In this document: piece after piece, positions 61,790 through 64,000 of the stretch
Numbering within the stretch: position 1 is the first letter of the stretch
Layout of the letters: each line of letters starts with the position of its first letter
Source of the DNA: Octopus sinensis
Lineage: Eukaryota
DNA: 64,000 bases
Assembly (NCBI RefSeq): GCF_006345805.1
Contig: NC_043006.1
Location: forward strand, 70,308,001 to 70,372,000
Direction: 5' to 3'
Translations under genes and position numbers: made by a program
The notes under the pieces: generated by a model
Database searches by the model: none
The model's input: the letters and a program-made list of their open reading frames with translations, nothing else
What the model was told of the DNA's origin: nothing

Positions 61790-61993
61790 TCCTTTCTTTC
61801 TCCATCCATCTATCCATCCATCCATCCGTCCGGCTGTCTATCTGTCTGTCTGTTTGTCTGTCTGTCTGTATGTCTGCTCTGTCTGTCTATCTATCTCTAT
61901 CTATCTATCTGTCCATCTCTCTCTCTCTATCTCTCTATCTCTCTATCTATCTATATCTATATATCTGTCCATCTCTCTCACTCTCTCTATCCA

Positions 61994-62054
<61 letters not shown>

Positions 62055-62075
62055 TTATCTATTTATCTATCTATT
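61790..62075. repeat. Compound ATCC/CTGT/CT/CTAT microsatellite
   Basis: Direct reading. Confidence 0.95.
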
Positions 62076-62259
62076 GATTTGTTTGTTTCTTAATCTTTGC
62101 ACAGTCTCCCATTCCTCCGTTCCTCCTTCCCTCTTGCCCTGTATATAACTACTATATTCCCTTCCTTCCTTTCCCTCACTAGCTCATGCTACAGGCCTGC
62201 ACTTTCCAGCTGTACCGCACGGTCACACCACAATTAAATGATAGCAAACCCAGCAGTTA

Positions 62260-63160
62260 ACAGCAGCAGTAGTTTGCCAGTGGTGTTACCTGTAGGGCTG
62301 CTGGAATGCAGTAGCAGTTGGCAGTAGTAGTGATAGTGGTAGTGGTGTAGCAGTAGTGTGACAGTGGTGTCATCCATAGGGCTGCTGGAATGCAGTAGTA
62401 GTGACAGTGGTAATGATGTAGCAGTAGTGTCACCTGTAGGGCTGCTGAAATGCAGTAGTAGTGGCAGTGGTAGTGATGTGGCAGTAGTGTCACCTGTAGG
62501 GCTGCTGGAATGCAGTAGTAGTGGCAGTGGTAGTGATGTAGCAGTAGTGTGGCAGTAGTGTCACCTGTAGGGCTGTTGGAATGCAGTAGTAGTGGCAGTG
62601 GTAATGATGTCGCAGTAGTGTCACCTGTAGGGCTGCTGAAATGCAGTAGTAGTGGCAGTGGTAGTGATGTGGCAGTAGTGTCACTTGTAGGGCTGCTGGA
62701 ATGCAGTAGTAGTGGCAGTGGTAGTGATGTAGCAGTAGTGTCACTTGTAGGGCTGCTGGAATGCAGTAGTAGTGGCAGTGGTAGTGATGTAGCAGTAGTG
62801 TGGCAGTAGTGTCACCTGTAGGGCTGTTGGAATGCAGTAGTAGTGGCAGTGGTAGTGATGTAGCAGTAGTGTCACCTGTAGGGCTGTTGGAATGCAGTAG
62901 TAGTGGCAGTGGTAGTGATGTAGCAGTAGTGTCACCTGTAGGGCTGCTGGAATGCAGTAGTAGTGGCAGTGGTAGTGATGTAGCAGTAGTGTCACCTGTA
63001 GGGCTGTTGGAATGCAGTAGTAGTTGGCAGGTGTAGTGATACTGGTGTTAACAGCAGTGGCCATGTTGTAGCAGTAGTACGACAGTGCTGTAACCTGTAG
63101 CACTACTGGAATGCAGTAGTAGTGACAGTGTTGTTGCTGGTGCAGTAGTAGTTGGAGCTA
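62260..63160. repeat. 60-bp minisatellite with about 251-bp higher-order unit
   Basis: Unit AGCAGTAGTGTCACCTGTAGGGCTGCTGGAATGCAGTAGTAGTGGCAGTGGTAGTGATGT; longer units near 62550 and 62800. Confidence 0.92.
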
Positions 63161-63479
63161 CAGTATTATGAATGGTGTGAAAGGCAACTGAGAATCAAAC
63201 ATGGCACCATGAAAAATCAAGACACCAAAGATGGGGAGTGTATGTGTGTGTGGTGGGGGAACATCTTGCTAGTAAAACAACAGACATGTTCAACTAGATA
63301 CATCGAAGACACAGGTTATTAAGCCTAATGATGGCCCCGATTCGGCGACAGAAGCCACTATATGCCAAGATCAGGAGGTCCTCCTCCACATGCTATAGTG
63401 CACATAACAGTAGTGCCTCCACCACACGTCCTTTGCACTGTGTGGTCATGACCCTTCCACTCCGATGACATCTCAGATG

Positions 63480-63810
63480 CATCCAAACCAGGAGTGCTAG
63501 GAGAATGCATAATGTTTGGAGAAGCATGATCATGTGGTTACACTGGATTTTTGCTGGGCATAAACAGCTTTCTCATTACATAGGACTTGTATTGCATGTT
63601 TCCGTGCACCACACATCTGATAGCGGACTCTGTCACCTCAAGTTTTTTGATGATGGCCTTCATCAACTCGCTGGGGTTGGCAATGATAATGCCCTGGATC
63701 TGTTGGGCTAGCTTCGCCATCTTTATGATGTCTGGCCGCTGAGAATATTTCATTTTCATGACCACAGATGACATGCACATCTCCGGCAGAGTACTCCGGC
63801 TATTTCTCAA
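63480..63810 (-). mobile_element. Tc1/mariner-superfamily (maT/DD37D-like) transposase N-terminal fragment
   Basis: ANPSELMKAIIKKLEVTESAIRCVVH..MQYKSYVMR resembles the second HTH region. Confidence 0.5.
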
Positions 63811-63845
63811 CCTTTAATGCCAGGGATCTCGCCACATTCAAGGTG

Positions 63846-63945
63846 CTAGAAATTCCTTTGTCTGAGGACAGGAGCCACGTGCACAATGTGCATTTTCATT
63901 TCATCTGTCAGAGTGGAATCTACCATGCTGAGGCTATTGATATAT
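63846..63945 (-). CDS. Candidate terminal coding exon of a gene lying beyond the window
   Basis: Strong acceptor CTTTCTCATTTCTCTTTCAG; only phase 1 is open: YINSLSMVDSTLTDEMKMHIVHVAPVLRQRNF*. Not recognised. Confidence 0.3.
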
Positions 63946-64000
63946 CTGAAAGAGAAATGAGAAAGTTAAAATTTGGCACGTACTGCATAATATTATGTTA

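Overview
Eukaryotic, AT-rich, microsatellite-dense genomic DNA, most likely an octopus. That assignment is from recalled SINE families and was not checked against a database. About 90% of the ORF-track entries are translations of simple repeats or antisense transposon sequence. One well-supported host gene is present: an intact single-coding-exon torsin-family AAA+ ATPase (30048-30983, minus) with a probable non-coding upstream exon. The rest is mobile DNA: three tRNA-derived SINE families, RTE and CR1-type LINE remnants, a chain of R4/Dong-type RLE retrotransposons in (TAA)n tracts (about 39.9-46.2 kb), a decayed Penelope-like element, Tc1/mariner copies, hAT-, piggyBac- and Tc1-type MITEs, and Helitrons. 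One Helitron is a 3-kb multi-headed array carrying a GCGCATGCGC minisatellite. The most striking unannotated signal is ten type-I hammerhead-ribozyme-like folds in five short non-coding repeat families, mostly beside (TA)n or (TAA)n tracts. One (38361-38451, minus) has a fully canonical core, and one family joins a tRNA-like head to a hammerhead. All structures were read by eye, and repeat boundaries are approximate (about 10-20 nt) unless termini or target duplications are quoted.
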